Assembly (NCBI GenBank): GCA_043784805.1
Contig: JAYVXX010000094.1
Span: 1-43,072 of the forward strand
Direction of reading: 5' to 3'
Source of the DNA: Minisyncoccota bacterium
GTDB lineage: Bacteria > Patescibacteriota > Minisyncoccia > Phycocordibacterales > UBA5272
DNA: 43,072 bases
A program made the position numbers and the translations under genes. Shown piece by piece: positions 42,656-43,072 of this stretch; position 1 is the first letter of the stretch, and every line of letters starts with the position of its first letter. The notes below the pieces were generated by a model. That model was given only the letters and a program-made list of their open reading frames with translations. It did no database searches and had not been told where the DNA came from.

Positions 42656-43072
42656 TGTTATTCTCCTTCTGTGGGGCTACTTCTTCCCCCTTTTGTAGTG
42701 TGGCTAACTCAGTTTCAGCTACACGATTTACTTCTGTTTGTGCCTCATCTAATGCAGCGTGCCAGCCAGCATCTCGAGTTCCTGACTGAAAGGTTCTAGA
42801 GGCTTTTACATGCAAACCGCCTATATCGTTGTACAGATTGTTTCGATAGCGGGTAACCGCCTCCCGTTCTTTTCGGGTAATAATCGGCAAGTACTTGTCA
42901 GCTTCAATGCGGTCTGACTCTTTTTCTTCCTCTGTCAAATCTGAGTAGGGTGTCTGAATGAGTCTGGTGAGGTTATGAGCGTATGCCGCAGGGATAACAA
43001 CATCTTCAGTACTACCTTCCTGTGATGATTGTACGCATTTACTGAATAGATATTCCATCCAGCCAGACCATT
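42648..43072 (-). CDS. C-terminal part of the junction-spanning hypothetical early protein
   Basis: ORF track 42648..43058. The Met at 43058 is internal once the circle is closed. No motif recognised. Confidence 0.6.
   Translation of the reverse strand, partial: WSGWMEYLFSKCVQSSQEGSTEDVVIPAAYAHNLTRLIQTPYSDLTEEEKESDRIEADKYLPIITRKEREAVTRYRNNLYNDIGGLHVKASRTFQSGTRDAGWHAALDEAQTEVNRVAETELATLQKGEEVAPQKENNND
42975..43072. repeat. Second copy of the 98-nt terminal overlap
   Basis: Identical to 1..98. Confidence 0.95.

Overview
This window is a complete dsDNA phage genome of about 43 kb. Bases 1-98 are identical to 42975-43072, so the contig closes into a 42,974-bp circle, and one minus-strand gene runs across the junction. 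The layout is modular:

- **Leftward early arm (42.6 kb through the junction to about 4.5 kb, minus strand):** many small ORFs joined by ATGA/TAATG stop-start overlaps, several micro-ORFs for single-pass membrane peptides, and an HNH endonuclease island.
- **Divergent control region (about 4.5-5.1 kb).**
- **TerS-like gene, then an unusual 1.7-kb ORF-free gap (5420-7118):** it holds three phased DnaA-box-like repeats, AT-rich direct repeats, a 3 x 28-bp palindromic array and a GC-rich, helix-dense candidate RNA locus.
- **Rightward structural arm (7.1-31.4 kb):** TerL, portal, scaffold-like protein, major capsid protein, two tandem SGNH esterases, a collagen-like tail fibre, a second fibre, adaptor- and nozzle-like proteins, a 1369-aa internal/ejection-like protein and a tail-collar fibre. 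I recognised no tail tube, sheath or chaperone genes, so the virion looks podovirus-like.
- **Leftward replication/recombination arm (31.4-36.9 kb):** VRR-NUC nuclease, DUF669-like protein, PD-(D/E)XK exonuclease, CHC2-TOPRIM primase and DnaB-like helicase. No DNA polymerase was found.
- **Rightward lysis cassette (37.1-38.3 kb):** DUF1906/GH25-like lysin plus holin.
- **Leftward SF2 DExH helicase (38.7-40.8 kb).**

No integrase, repressor, CRISPR array, rRNA or canonical tRNA was seen.

The most interesting feature is in the SF2 helicase. A class-1 intein splits its DE|CH box. The central part of that intein is overprinted, in a different reading frame, by a 195-aa ORF with its own Shine-Dalgarno site. 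That ORF encodes a Zn-finger / NUMOD3-like / Vsr-DUF559-type endonuclease. This arrangement sits between a canonical homing intein and a 'fractured gene'.

All functional calls rest on motifs I recognised by eye and on gene order. No database search was run.
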